From: Octopus vulgaris
Lineage: Eukaryota
Direction: 5' to 3'
Length of the DNA stretch: 64,000 bases
Assembly: GCA_951406725.2 (NCBI GenBank)
Contig: OX597817.1
Span: 36,518,001 to 36,582,000 of the forward strand
The notes under the pieces are model-generated. The model was not told the origin of the DNA. It did not search any database and saw only the letters and a program-made list of their open reading frames with translations. Made by a program: the position numbers and the translations under genes. Shown in pieces: positions 37,780-51,767 of the stretch. Positions within the stretch are counted from its first letter, which is position 1. Every line of letters begins with the position of its first letter.

Positions 37780-38150
37780 TGGGTACAGGACATAAAAAAT
37801 ACGTTGAACACAATGAGAAACGAAAACATAAAATCAAAAACATTTAAACCAACTTTTTTCGAACAAAGAAAAAAAACTGCGAAATGAGATATGCAACATA
37901 AAGAATATTCTCCTTCATCAGTTTTTCCTGTTTCATCTACTTGGATTCCGAAGGCAAGGACAATACGCGACTTAGTTGAAACAGTCCTTCCCGCAAAGCA
38001 AATTAAATAAAATTTGGGATTTTTTGCGGAGGGTGAAAGTGGTAACAAGCCCAGGACAGTGAGAACAAAACAGTAAAAACAAAGGGTGGGTGCTGTTAAG
38101 CCAAGACAATAGAAAAATTATTATGAACGCTTGAAAGACGATCTTATGAG
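37780..38150 (-). mobile_element. Element between (TA)n tracts, possibly a Penelope terminal fragment
   Basis: Bounded by TA-rich tracts; CTGATGA on the minus strand at about 37915-37921; no coding motif. Confidence 0.35.
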
Positions 38151-38158
38151 AGGATATA

Positions 38159-38291
<133 letters not shown>

Positions 38292-39068
38292 CTATTTTGC
38301 ATAGAATAAGTGATCGATGTAGCAGAAGAGATAAAAGTTATGAGTGAGCTCTACTGGGTGCACACTTTTGATTTTTGTTTTAGTCGCTTTTGCGATTGAT
38401 ACTATACAAGAATGCATGCCCGCCTCGTTGTATATATTCGTATTCTTCGATAAATGTGTGGATCTGAGCCTAAGTCGGAAATCAATATTTCTGTCCACCA
38501 TTTTTACTTCTAGTATTATTTCTACTATTTATATTTCTATGTCAGGAAATGTGTTTCAGGATGATACATTAATATAAAAGAAATGTTGTGGCTACTTTTG
38601 ATTTGAAGATCACTTAATTCCAGAAATATAGATATCAGTGAAAGAAACAAATTACTTTTTCTCTTTAATCTTGGTCAGTCACAGAATTTTGAATGAAATA
38701 TACTGCAGACGGTGAACTGCCGTATCTTGGGAAGACATAGAAAATTACAGACAGCAAGGGGTAATCTATAGAAGAAAAGTCGTTTAAAGTAGAAGTTTTA
38801 TTAATTTTGATGTTGTGTTAGGACAGGCAAGAGAGTTGGAGAAATTCTCGATTTGCTAGTGTTACTAAATAATATAAAATACAATTGCATATGGTGAAAG
38901 ATATCAACGTGTATTATTTAAAATAATGTCCAGTCATAACTTTCTAATGACACTCTCAAACGGCAGTTGAAGCTCCAGAGAAGTAAGATACTGTCTAGAC
39001 CAACATAAGTACTATTACGTGTGTGTGTGTTAAAAAAGATATATGTGTGTGTATATATATGCACCCAA

Positions 39069-39131
<63 letters not shown>

Positions 39132-39159
39132 AAAACACATACACACACTCACACATTAA

Positions 39160-39272
<113 letters not shown>

Positions 39273-39386
39273 TTAGGGAGTAAATCCAAACTTACAGGGA
39301 AACGTTTTAAATTAATTTTATTTCTATGTATTGGCTTATGATTTTCACTGTTTGATTTGCGTAGTAGTGGTTTTATCGTTAATTTA

Positions 39387-39450
<64 letters not shown>

Positions 39451-42371
39451 TAGCTTGATAGAGAAGAAGACACCCAGATAGGTAGATATATTCTGTGGGT
39501 ACGACTGTTACTGTTAAGTTTAGCGCTCTATGCAGATTCCCATTACCTAGTCTGCTTCCAGTATACTGTGTTGATCAGTGCTATACTCAATAGTCGTACT
39601 GGTTATGATATACAGAGGAGAAAAATGATGATCACAACTGTATAATTTATTCTTACTGACGTTTCACCGTTGTGGTTATTTGTAAAACCACAGTTGATTA
39701 TCAAAAAACACATCTTAGCGATATGTGACACAAACCAAATTCGATCTCTCAAACATAATACAATAAAGTGCTTCCCTGATGATTCTTTGTGTCCAGTTAT
39801 AGTTGGTACATTCAGTGCAGAGGTTCCATACTAACAAAACGGGAACAAATGACATACACTCGTGTTTATCATAATATACTGTGTAAATTATACTGTGTAT
39901 ACATACATACATGAAACTCACGTACATGAAACGTATGGTTTCATGTGAAGAAAATAACTTAACAATTCTTCAAGCCGATCGCATAGAGAAATTTTTGTTC
40001 GTCTTCACTTTGGATTAAAACACGAAAGAACACAAGAAATCACGAGATTTTTTGATAAACAAAAGCAAGAAATTAAGGGGGACGACTCTTGAGAAGCAAT
40101 TCTTGGATGATTATTTCCACTGGGTTTCACTCTTGGGAAAAATATATTGAATGATAAGTTTGTATTTATTATGTGATACCCTGGGTATGTGTAATTTTCG
40201 TATGTTTTGTGTATTGGGGGAGTCCATCATGAGGGCATGTGTTTTCTGTGTGTGGAGTTCTTATGGTGTAATGTTTAATGTTCACGTTCAGAGGAAAAAC
40301 CTATCCTGGTAGGATCGGCGGAGTGGGAGATGGTTCCTCTTTGAAATGTCGGAGTGTAAAATATTGCTAATTCATGTAAAAAGAGATTTCATCCCTAATG
40401 TTTTAGATGCTATCATTTGGCTGGATGATGTTTAGTCTTTCAGTAATACAAAGCTCACATTTTGTATTCCCTGTATTTTCTGGCTTTAGCAATAATGCTC
40501 AAGGTTATCCAGATAAATTATGTCCGACATTTATGCAAAGCAGAGCTGCACTCGAAGCTAGGGGAAAAAGATACATTCAAAGAAAGACAAATCCAAATTG
40601 ATAATAAACCAGGTAGCAAGCCTTCTAGCGGTTGTCAAAATTTCAACTCTAGTAAAATAGCATAAAGAAAGTAAGAAGGAAAAATGTTTAAATTTAGCCT
40701 TCCTTGTTGTTGACATAACTTATAAAGTTACATCTTTGTGTTGATAAAATATGTATTTCAGAATGAATTTCAGAACGGTATAAAATGGAAAAAATAAACC
40801 TAAAAAAGGTGAACTGGTGAAGGATCATGTAGACAATGGAAAGCTTATTTTACAGTGCTTATGTATTTGAATCTACTGAGGAATACAAAGTATTTTGTCC
40901 GAAATTGTTGATGCTTTCGTCCTCTCACACTAACCAAACCTATCGAAGAAGAGAAACAATTAATTAATTATAGAATTTCTCAGGTGTCAGCAATGTGGAA
41001 CAACCACATGTTGATAAGAAAGAGAAAATCAGTTTTTTTAAAGTTATCGTCTGAACTAAATAACATTATCTCCAAGCATTTTCTTGCAATATTTTATAAT
41101 GAAGGATATCAAAATATCATCTTTTACTTAATCACACTATAAATCCAACATTAGTTCTTGGACAATTATTGTGAAGAGACATGTCTAAACATCAAATATA
41201 CTGAAAATGATTGAGGACAATGTGTAAACATTAACTGAACAAACAAAATGAACGGTGATATGTTTATAATTGTGTTTGGGACAAATTTCACAACAGTGTC
41301 CCTAATGCTGTCAGCAGCATGTGGATTATGATGCAGTTGGAGATGAAATTAATCTAAGCCAAATGAAAGGAAACCTAATGTGATAAAGAAAATGAGAGAT
41401 TTAAACTAATCAGGTGGATAAGTATTGTTGAAAAGTAATCACAGAAGAAGCACTATGATGTTTCTCCATACTATGGAGTTGGAATAAGATTATGTCATAG
41501 GAGATAGACTAATCAACAATAACATTAAAATAGGAGTCGACAAAAATAATACAGCGACTTTGGATATTTTGGCTAAGTTGGATAAGTTGGCTTGTAGCGC
41601 GAAGAATAATCTACCGTTTGAAAGTTGCCCTTTCTTCTAAGAAAGAGAAAACATTTTTCAATTCAGTTGAATTCTTCTTACACCCCCACTCTCTCTGGCA
41701 CAAAGGAACAGGCTTGACCTGTCATATTTCACTTCCCTTCATGTTCTACAAGCTTATCCTAGTCAAAAGCAAGTTTTTGGTTTTTTGTTCAAAACCGACA
41801 GCGAGGAGCTCAAGCGTAGATATGACTTCATAGAACGAGTATGGAGGAAATGGTTCTCGGAGATTCCTCGTAAATCGACAGTGCAAACAAACACATAGGG
41901 ATGATAGTGGGAGGTTTCGAGAAGGCTTCAAGAGTCATGCATGATAGCTGGATCACTTGTATCAATAGCAGAAGTTTTGAAGGGAACCATTCACTGGGAG
42001 TTACAAATGTGGCAGTCGGAATTAAACAGAGCAAAGATGCATGGTCAGATTTGCACTATCTGACCATGTATCTTTAATGGTAAGATTTTCATAATCTGAA
42101 TTCCCAGATAATCAATATCTTACTAAATTGCGAGATATCTTAAGTATATACAAGAATAGTGAGTGCTTTTGTAAAAATCAGTAAAAATCAGGAATCAATC
42201 AGATGATGGCTACCGTGTCTTTGAAGAAAAATATACAGCTCTGAAAGTAGGACTGATCAGCTTTTAATAAAATCTAAGCACGAATGGAGGAGTATGAACA
42301 GCATTACATAGCAAACCTGGACTTACATCAAGTTTGCTTTCTTGAATAACATTTTGATTCACCTTGTCATA

Positions 42372-42402
<31 letters not shown>

Positions 42403-42444
42403 CTAGTTTCAGCTCAGAGCCGCGGCCATGCTGATGCACCGCCG

Positions 42445-42479
<35 letters not shown>

Positions 42480-45400
42480 GTTAGCTAAACTTTGCGTTTT
42501 CATGGCTATGCAGGAAGATGAAACTGAAAGAAGTATCAACCTCAGGGTAATACTTGTCAGCTTCACTATGATACTACTACATAAATCGGTGAAATATACA
42601 AGCCAACGATGAAACTTCTTTTATTGTCGTTTGAACTGACAGTAACCGGTTTTTCAAATTTTACATTACCGACTTTGGAAAGGGAAGCACGCATTGAATA
42701 ACGTAGTACCTTGTCTGAATGTATGGCTCTTGTAACCGTAGAAATAAGAAATGAATGTATGGCTCTTGTAACCATAGCTCTACGCGATCACAGCTGCTAT
42801 GGGACTAAACAACAAGAAAACAACAACGACCGGCAGTTTCGAAATTTGAAGCTCACAGAAAACTTGGTTGATGGTGCTGTTAAGATTTAAGCGTGGGTAT
42901 TCCTCATGAATGTCTTGCCGTATCACCCACAGTGTAACTTTGGTAGAAATATATATTCTTAATTAGATTGCACGAACGACCGCCGTGCAATCATCCTTTA
43001 ATTTATGCAGTGTTCCCTTTGTGTATAATAAGTAGCTTTCTAACTTATGGAATTTATAGTCAAGTATATTAGGCGAACAGAACATAATGATCTCTTTTGG
43101 ATGCAGTGTATTACCTAGGAATGCGATTTAAAGGTTTCCTCCTTTAGTCAGCAAAAATACACTTTACCCTGTCAACGATAAATATATTTTTACACTAATA
43201 TTTTTGGGACATTACGTATATCGTCTTAGGAATCTATGAAGGTTAGAGAGTGAAACAGCAAAGTAAATACCGTTAGTATTCTGTTAATATTTTTAATACT
43301 TCTAGTAAGTCCTCCACATTTTTGTAAGGCAATAGGAAGCAGTCATAGCAGTAAAGTATTTCAATAGGCTCTACCAGAAAATACAATATCAAAGTGGACT
43401 CCAACCGAATCAGAGAGTGTGAAGATATTTCTGGTTATAGAAATAATGCAGCCAAAGCCGCCTGCAGTAATAATAGGATACAAACGCTAAGCTTTTTCCT
43501 GCTGTTGGAAGTCAGAGAAGTTAAAACCGGCTCCTAGTTCTCTCCTGTGTTTGCCTATGAAAAAACATTAATAGTTATGCATATCATGAACAAATATTAA
43601 ATTCATTTCATCACATATTTGATCTTTCGTTGATTCTTTTAAAATGTTCTAACGCTAAATGTGTTTACCTCCAATTAATTAACATGATTCTTTTATGAAA
43701 ATTTCCAAAAGGATTGATTTCATGCATTAGACCAGAATAACTCAGCAGTGCAGTTATAATGACGAGCGGCATAATCGATTCGATTACTCTCATTTCCTTC
43801 TGATTGTCGATTTATTGACTCTGGTAGGTTAAAGATCAAAGTCTTCCTTAACAACCTCTAGGGTTAAAAATACTGACAGGCTAACGAAGGAGCCTCCTCA
43901 CAATAGTTCGATCTTCTAGAAGAGGCTTCCAAATCTTTAACAAATTGCAAATTATATTTTTAAATAAGGTGCAATAAATTGCACAATGTAGTCTCTGATA
44001 TGCAAAGTTATGTGATGGTCATGATTAGAATGCCTTTCAATCAAGGGTGAACTAGAACCTACATTCGTCACTCGCCAGTGGATTTGACCTGGTAAGAGGT
44101 ACTAACCTTTGGTTAGTTGTTTTAGGTGTCTGTCAATCTCTGCCCAATGGCACATCCAGGATGTAGCAGATGGAGAGAGAGAGAGAGAGTGAGCATTGCA
44201 CCAGCACTCACCTGTTACTTCTTTCAGCTGAGTAGACTGGAACAAACTGAAATGAAGGGCATTGCTCAAGGATACAATTCACCCTCCATTCCACGAATCG
44301 AATCCTGCACTTTTTTACTATCTGAGAAAGCATGAAATGAATGACAGCCATTCGTTCATCGTATCTCAGAAGAAATCGACCAACCGGACATATTTGAATA
44401 CTGTTATACATTTATCTGACTTTCTAGTGTCTGAGCATATCCACAATATTTTATGTTAGAATCTTGCTCAAAACAACACCTCTGACATGGTCATAAATCT
44501 ATGAATATTATATAAGATTGCAGTAAGGACAATAATTTCCTAATTTCGGAACAAAGTTATGCAGTCCCTTGATCAGCTGGAAATATCAACCAAGTCTCCT
44601 TTAAATAATAATGCGCGAGTTTTAAAGAATGAAGAATACAGAGAATAATTTAATCTTAAAATATAAAGTTTCAACAAGTGGTGCGATGGTCACAAGTGGA
44701 ATATTATTGAACATATGACTGTCGGGTCTGTATAGAATGAAGGCTAAATATCAACGGGTAAATAACACGAGTGCACGTGAGAACTTCTACGTTGTCGCTT
44801 ATCTTGCAAATAACTGAAGTGGAATCCCTAACATATTCCTAAAAATAAAACATATTGATTAATGCAGTACTAGGAATCCCATGTTTATAACACTGTAGGA
44901 ACAACTTTTTTTATTGTTTTAGAAGAAGTAATTTTTGAAATCAAAGCACTAAGAGTGCATTATGTATTGTAAAGTACCTGAGCATCTAATCTTTTGAGAC
45001 AAAGAGAGACAAGAGAAATAACCCAAAGCAGTCAAAAGTATGAATTTGAACAACGAAGTCGGATAAAGGGCCATTAAATGCTGCAGAAGAAAAAATTCTG
45101 ATTTGCTTCAATTTTCTTTGCATTGAGAAAAAAAAAACGAATGCCTTGTTCCATTTATAACGAATCCTGTGTGAGGAGAAGAGAAAATATCAGAAGTCAC
45201 GAGTTTCTCAGGACTGGTATATTGTTGATGAACAGACAGTCTATTTTCCCCGGAGATAAGAAGAGAGCTATGGATACGTGGTTCTGTCCCCAAAGGCATC
45301 ATCAGCACAACAGTAGAACAAACCTAAGATGTTGACATAAACAAAGAGAGAAAAAAATGTAGAGAACATGTATGGCTTAGATTAATTAATATTATTAGAA

Positions 45401-45978
45401 CGAAAAGTGAGCTGCAGGAAATAACTGAGTGGCCAAAAGCATAGATTTAGACAATAAAGAATTACGAATATGGTATATTATTAAATATCATAATTCTTGA
45501 TGTAATGAAATGATATTCTCTTCGAGAGAAGGTAAACAGGCACCTAGTGACTCTGAAAAAGGGTTAACTTCTTTCTCTGTGATTTAAATTATCATGATGA
45601 TGAGCTTTAATATAAACACATAACAACTGATCTGAGGGCATATATTCAATACGTCCTATCAATCTTTATAGTTTCTGCTGTTTTTTTTTACACTTATCTT
45701 CTTTAATTACTTATCGATTTGTCTATTCCGTACCCAACTCTATCACTAATTTCTCTTCCTTCATTCTACGTGTTTTCTACCCCTCTCTCTTCTCTCTCTC
45801 CAACCATTTCTCTCGTTCCTCTTAATATTCTATCCTTCTATGTTTTATAACTTCGTGTATCGTCCTTTACCTTTTTCTATTCTTCTCTGCCTCATCCTTT
45901 ATTACCGCCCTAAATCAACACGACTTTTGAGTTCGGGAAAAAAGAGAGCTGAAGACACAGATTTAGAGAGGGATATTT

Positions 45979-46023
<45 letters not shown>

Positions 46024-46163
46024 GAGAGAGAGAGAGGGGGAATGGGAATGAAAAGAGAGAAACGAAGTACAAATAAATATATGTATGCATATGAAAGTGT
46101 GTTTGCGTGCGCTCGCAATCAAGCATGTGAGGATTCATACACACACACACATACGTATGTATT

Positions 46164-46242
<79 letters not shown>

Positions 46243-46469
46243 ACATAATATGTGAGTATGTATGTACACACACAGACACACACACACAGGCATATACATG
46301 GACATACATATGCATATACATATTTGCATCTACATTTAATCCTTTCATCCTTTACATACATCTACTTGCCTACATTTCCATTTTTCTTACTTTTCACTCA
46401 TTCACTCATCCTCTCTCTCTCTCTCTCTCTCGTCGTCACTCTCCATCTCTCGCTATTTCTTTATTTCTT

Positions 46470-46506
<37 letters not shown>

Positions 46507-48257
46507 CCATATGTAACACATAAAAGACGAAACTATCCTGACTCACAAAGGTAATGAGCTTGACGTGTGTAATTGATACCAACCAGTGCCATGTAAAGTA
46601 GTAGTCCACTGTCTTATTATAACTTGTTTACTCGCACATTAAACGCCTCACTGAATGATTCTGCAGACCTTTCTTTACTTGAACACGGGCCAAGTGAATA
46701 TGCAGATTCCAGAAATTTCATTGTTAGCATTTCTCTATCAATTCTTGTGCGAGACGATTCGATCCCGTCTAGTGTAATAAACCAACCAAAAACTACTTGT
46801 CAGTTACCTGATGGCTCCATAACCGAATGCGTTTCTATTTCTTTTTATGATTCTTCAACCTCACTCACTTTCTCACTATCTGTCTGTCGCTGTCTCTCTC
46901 TTTCTCCTTTGCTCACTCTCTCACTCTCGCTCAGTGTGTCTCACTCTCTTTTATTCTTCTCTGTCTATTAAATATCATCATTAGAATTCGAAGAGACTAT
47001 GTGTGGCCTACATTGGCAAGCATTAATTCAGTAACAAGCAAAAGCTGCGATATTTTCGTGGAGCAGTCAAGAGAAGTAATAACAAACGTTTCAGTCGAAT
47101 TCCTGACAAGAAATATCAGTACGGAATAGATGTTTAACGTTAATGTGTGCTTAGTGTTCAGTTTCAATTCTTTCTTGTTAATAGTACAGAAGAAATCATG
47201 GACGGGTTCATTAAAGGTGACGTTGAGGAGAAAAAATAACAGTTGTGTTGATCAGTGCTCGGTTTGCTCCGAGATTTAAAGAAGGTCTTAGAGGTTATAG
47301 ATATAGAAGAAAACGGGCAGGACATCAGAGACCCAATGTCATTTTCTTGAAGATTATATATTCTTTCTCTCTCTCTCTCTGTCAGTATTTGCTGCTACGA
47401 AAATTATGGGAAATGCATTTTATCGTAGGACCCAAAGCCACATAGTATCAATATCTTCGCAGGAAATTCTGATTCTTATCAGTATTCTAAAATTCAATAT
47501 TGTGGCCAGCAACAATTTCATCATCAAAATAAATTCTTTTGTTGTAGATAACTCTTATAGAATACACGACACAACTCAGCATAAAATCATTTAGGAGATG
47601 CCAGTCAACTGGTAAAAGTTCGGGAACTTTTTCTCCATTTTATTGAACCTTTTACCCGAAAATCTTTGTCCTTGACAAGCTACCATATTATAGTAGAACA
47701 CACTTTTATACCTATTTTCGTCTAAAAATGAAACTTTCTTTTGTATCTTTTCCATCTGACTGTCGATAGTTTTCATGGATAAAAAAATTAACAAAAAATA
47801 ATGAGATGCTTGTAACAAACACTTGAGTATTGCAGGTGAGAAGGTAAGCAAAACAATGTCAATCAATGGAAGAGAGAGAGAGAGAAAAAAATATCTCATT
47901 ATTTTGCAAAGGTTATGAAATGAACCTACACACATATCTGAAGAGAAAAAATCCTATTTCCAAACAGAAGAAAATAAATAATGAAAGAATTGAAAGAAAT
48001 GTTTTGTTAGTATATTAAAATATCGGGGTTGTTCACCTGGTACTTCATGACAGGTCCTGCAACGTGAAACACACAGACACACACACAGACACACACACAC
48101 ATACACACACACACACAAACACGGACACACACATACACACGTACGCACACAAACTCAGATGCACACACACAAAGATACGCCCGTGCACGTTTATATATGT
48201 ATGCAAGCATGCATGCATGTTTGTATGTATGTATGTACGTATGTGTGTATATATGTA

Positions 48258-48307
<50 letters not shown>

Positions 48308-48308
<1 letters not shown>

Positions 48309-48500
48309 CTAAGAATTTATAAAAAAAAGACAAAAGACGAAGACGGGTGTGTAAGCAACAAAAAGATGTATTAGTTTAACGTTCGGGAAGTGAGAAATTC
48401 TTTTACGTTTCGAGCCTACGCTCTTCAACAGAAAGGTACTCAGAAATATACAGGGAGAGAAAATAATGAATGTTTAGTGGCTAGCGTTCTATCATGGTGA
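48308..48500 (-). mobile_element. Short element between (TA)n tracts (pseudo-LTR-like) with a hammerhead-like motif; same family as 59790-59949
   Basis: Minus strand CTTT-CTGTTGA-A-GAGC-GTAG-GCTC-GAAAC-GTA-AAAG; flanks align with the 59790 copy. Confidence 0.65.
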
Positions 48501-48553
48501 ATATGTATATATATATATTTATATGTATGTAGGTAGGTAGGTATATATGTATG

Positions 48554-48611
<58 letters not shown>

Positions 48612-48784
48612 CCGTTTGCGACCATATCGATGACATGGTCTTGTTATTCCATCTGAAGACGAACTAGAGTATATTACTGATGCGTCACGAATGGTCACAA
48701 CAGGACTCTGACTTTACAGCTGGTTGTATGAATGAACGTATATTTGATATATATATACATACATACATACATACATAAATACAT

Positions 48785-48877
<93 letters not shown>

Positions 48878-48914
48878 TATATAATATATATATATATATA
48901 TATATACATAAATA

Positions 48915-49312
48915 GTGCGGTAAATAGCTTGTTTACCAACGACATGGTTCCGGGTTCAGTCCCACTGCGTATAACCTTGGGCAAGTGTCTTCTACTATAG
49001 CCTCGGACCGACCAAAGCCTTGTGAGTGGATTTGGTAGACGGAAACTGAAAGAAGCCCGTCGTATATATGTATATATATATATGCGTGTGTGCATGTATG
49101 TTTGTGTGTCTGTGTTTGTCCCCCTAGCATTGCTTGACAACCGATGCTGGTGTGTTTATGCCCCCGTCACTTAGCGGTTCGGCAAAAGAGACCGATAGAA
49201 TAAGTACCGGGCTTACAAAAGAATAAGTCCCAGAGTCGAGTTGCTCGATTAAAGGCGGTGCTTTAGCATGGCCGCAGTCAAATGACTGAAGCAAGTAAAA
49301 TAGAAATAAAAG
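48915..49312 (+). mobile_element. SINE group 1 (OK-like), slightly 5'-truncated
   Basis: GGGTTCAGTCCCACTGCG...GCATGGCCGCAGTCAAATGACTGAAGCAAG matches the 8297 copy. Confidence 0.85.
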
Positions 49313-49337
49313 AGAAAAAATACATATATGATATATA

Positions 49338-49368
<31 letters not shown>

Positions 49369-50299
49369 CTTGCGTTTGTGTCTGTTTGTTTGTTTGTCCG
49401 TCAAAATGAAAGTTAAGACAGCAAATCTGCAGGTGTAGTCTCACCATGGTTCAGATTCAAAACTGAATCTTTCTATTGTCCTTGAGCATACAGCCTATTC
49501 AAACGTCAAAAGGAACTGTGACAAATGTGTCTTCCACTTCACCTATGGCCTTTTCAGTGCCATTGCAAGTTCACTTACATAAATGGTGATCTGGATTCAG
49601 TAAAGCTATTGTACTGTATGACAGAGTCTGTTTGTTTGTCCGTCAGAATGAAAGCAAAGACAGCAAAAACTGTAGAAGTTGTCTCACCCTGGTTCAAATT
49701 CGAAACTTACTCTTTAAATTCTCCTTGGCATATGGCTTATTTATACGTCAAAATGAACCGTGACAAATGTGTGTTCCACTTTACTTGTAGGATTTTCAGT
49801 GCCGTCGCACAGTCACCTGGATTCGGTAGAGCTATTTTTCTATATGATATACCTATTTTCTAGCTTGTCGATTCAGACATAAATATACAAACTTCTTTGA
49901 GAGAGAGAATCCGACAGTGAAGAGAGACACACGACACACAGCCATGGAACATGACAAGGAAACGAAAAACATCGACAGACCCGAAAACCACAGTTCACAT
50001 CAACATGCATTCCGACTTACAGATCTGCTTCGCTTTAACTACCGACTGCTACAGTTAAACTTCTCTATCATACAACGCCCTGCCTTGCGTTGCTGTAATA
50101 TCGCGTCAGAAATTAGCGCTAACACTGACAGGAAACAGCATTTGTAATTTCATTCGACTACTACATACTGATATTCCCTATCAAAAAAATGTCTCTTAAA
50201 AGAGCGTCAAAAACCGAAAACCAAAGAAATGCAGGACGGGCAGTAGAAAAGAAGGATGAGAGACGTGTACGGCTCGCAGATGACGGCAGAGAAAGAAAG

Positions 50300-50690
50300 C
50301 TAGACGTGCATCTGAAAGTGAACATCAAAGATATGCTGGACTTGCAGGTAGCCAACAAAGAATGGTAGCTCGACGTGTAGCAGAAAACGAAGATCAAAGG
50401 AATGCAAGATGTGCTGATAGCCAACAAAGAATGGTAGCTCGACATGCAGTAGAAAGCGAAGATCAAAGAAACGCACGACGTGCAGATAACCATCAAAGAA
50501 TGTCAGCTCGACATGCAGTAGAAAGCGAACATCAAAGATATGCTGGACTTGTAGATAGCCAACAAAGAATGGCAGCTCGACATGCAGAAGAAAACGAAGA
50601 TCAAAGAAATATATGACGTGCAGATAGCTAACAAAGAATGGTAGCTCGACGTGCAGCAGTAAACAAAGACGAAACAAATGCACGACGTGC
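50300..50690 (+). repeat. 69-bp (23-codon) coding minisatellite in the Helitron ORF N-terminus
   Basis: GCCAACAAAGAATG-like anchors at 50351, 50420, 50489, 50558 and 50627; peptide unit RMVARHAVESEDQRNARRADSQQ. Confidence 0.88.
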
Positions 50691-51767
50691 ATTTGATCGT
50701 CTTCGAAGAGCATCACATCGTATGCAAGAAACACTACAAGAAACTGCAAAATAGACATGAAAATGTCCGAATCAGGCACAACGAAGGTAGGTCACGTCAG
50801 CAATGGCGTCTTGCTGCTTTCACTTACAACCCCAATGATTGTTATGAATCTGAAATTGGCTCAATCTCTCACCAATGCTATTACTGTGATGGTAAAAAAA
50901 CCCGTTAAATGAACCACCTCCTTTATGCTGCAGGAGTGGGAAAATTATGCTACCTTTCTTTCCTGGCCCTCCTGAAGAAGTGAAACATTTTCTATATGGA
51001 AATTTCCCTTTTTCAAAGCATTTTCTATGAAAAAATACAACACTCTAATAATGCTTTCCAAATGACTTCATTTGGAGTAAATATTGTGAATAAGGGAGGT
51101 TTCATGCCCACATTCACAATCAAGGGTAGGTATATCATCGAAATGTTAGCATTTTACCACTAGAAAATGAAGACCTTATGCAAGTTTATTTCATTAACAA
51201 TATGCAGAAACGAGCTGAAACATGGTATAGTCTTAATGAAGGGCTTCACTTTGACATGATACAACTTCAACAAATGTTTCGTAATAATAGTAATTATATC
51301 AGGAGTTTCAAATGTACCCTTGATATTACACAATCCATAACTTTTCAATTGGTAATCAATTCTTATGGAAGCATTCACAGCGCTTCAATGTACCAGAGAC
51401 AAATGAGGTTGCTATAATTTTAGCAGGTGAACTAACTGGAAAATGAGATATAATTATAAAGTGTAGAGCTCCTATGATGCTCTACAGAACCTGTTGCTTT
51501 TTCCATATTGAACAGATGGTTATCCCTGATATTCCTCAGGCAGGAGAAAATTCAAGAAAAAATGTTTCGTGTATGGATATTTTTGGATTTCATCTGAGCT
51601 TAGACCCTCCAATTTTAATTTATTGCCTCGAAGTTGGTATTTATTTCAACAATTTGTTGTTGACATGTATGCTAAGATTGAACTAGAAAGACTAACCTAT
51701 GTAAGAACACAAAAAAAGAAGAGCTACGGGTTGCCTCATACGCTCATTTACGGAACAGCATAAATAA

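Noticed and set aside
40400-42350. Possible decayed coding sequence or LINE in an A-rich stretch
   Set aside because: I could not identify a protein motif in the parts I translated, and stops are frequent
42717-42773. 21-bp direct repeat GAATGTATGGCTCTTGTAACC, two copies
   Set aside because: A simple local duplication with a 15-bp spacer; too little to call an array or a TSD
47085-47125. Hammerhead-like CTGATAT...GAAACGTT on the minus strand
   Set aside because: The core lacks G8/A9 and the stems are weak
50300-50779. 159-aa minus-strand repeat ORF (LLHVELPFFVGY)
   Set aside because: Antisense shadow of the Helitron 69-bp coding repeat
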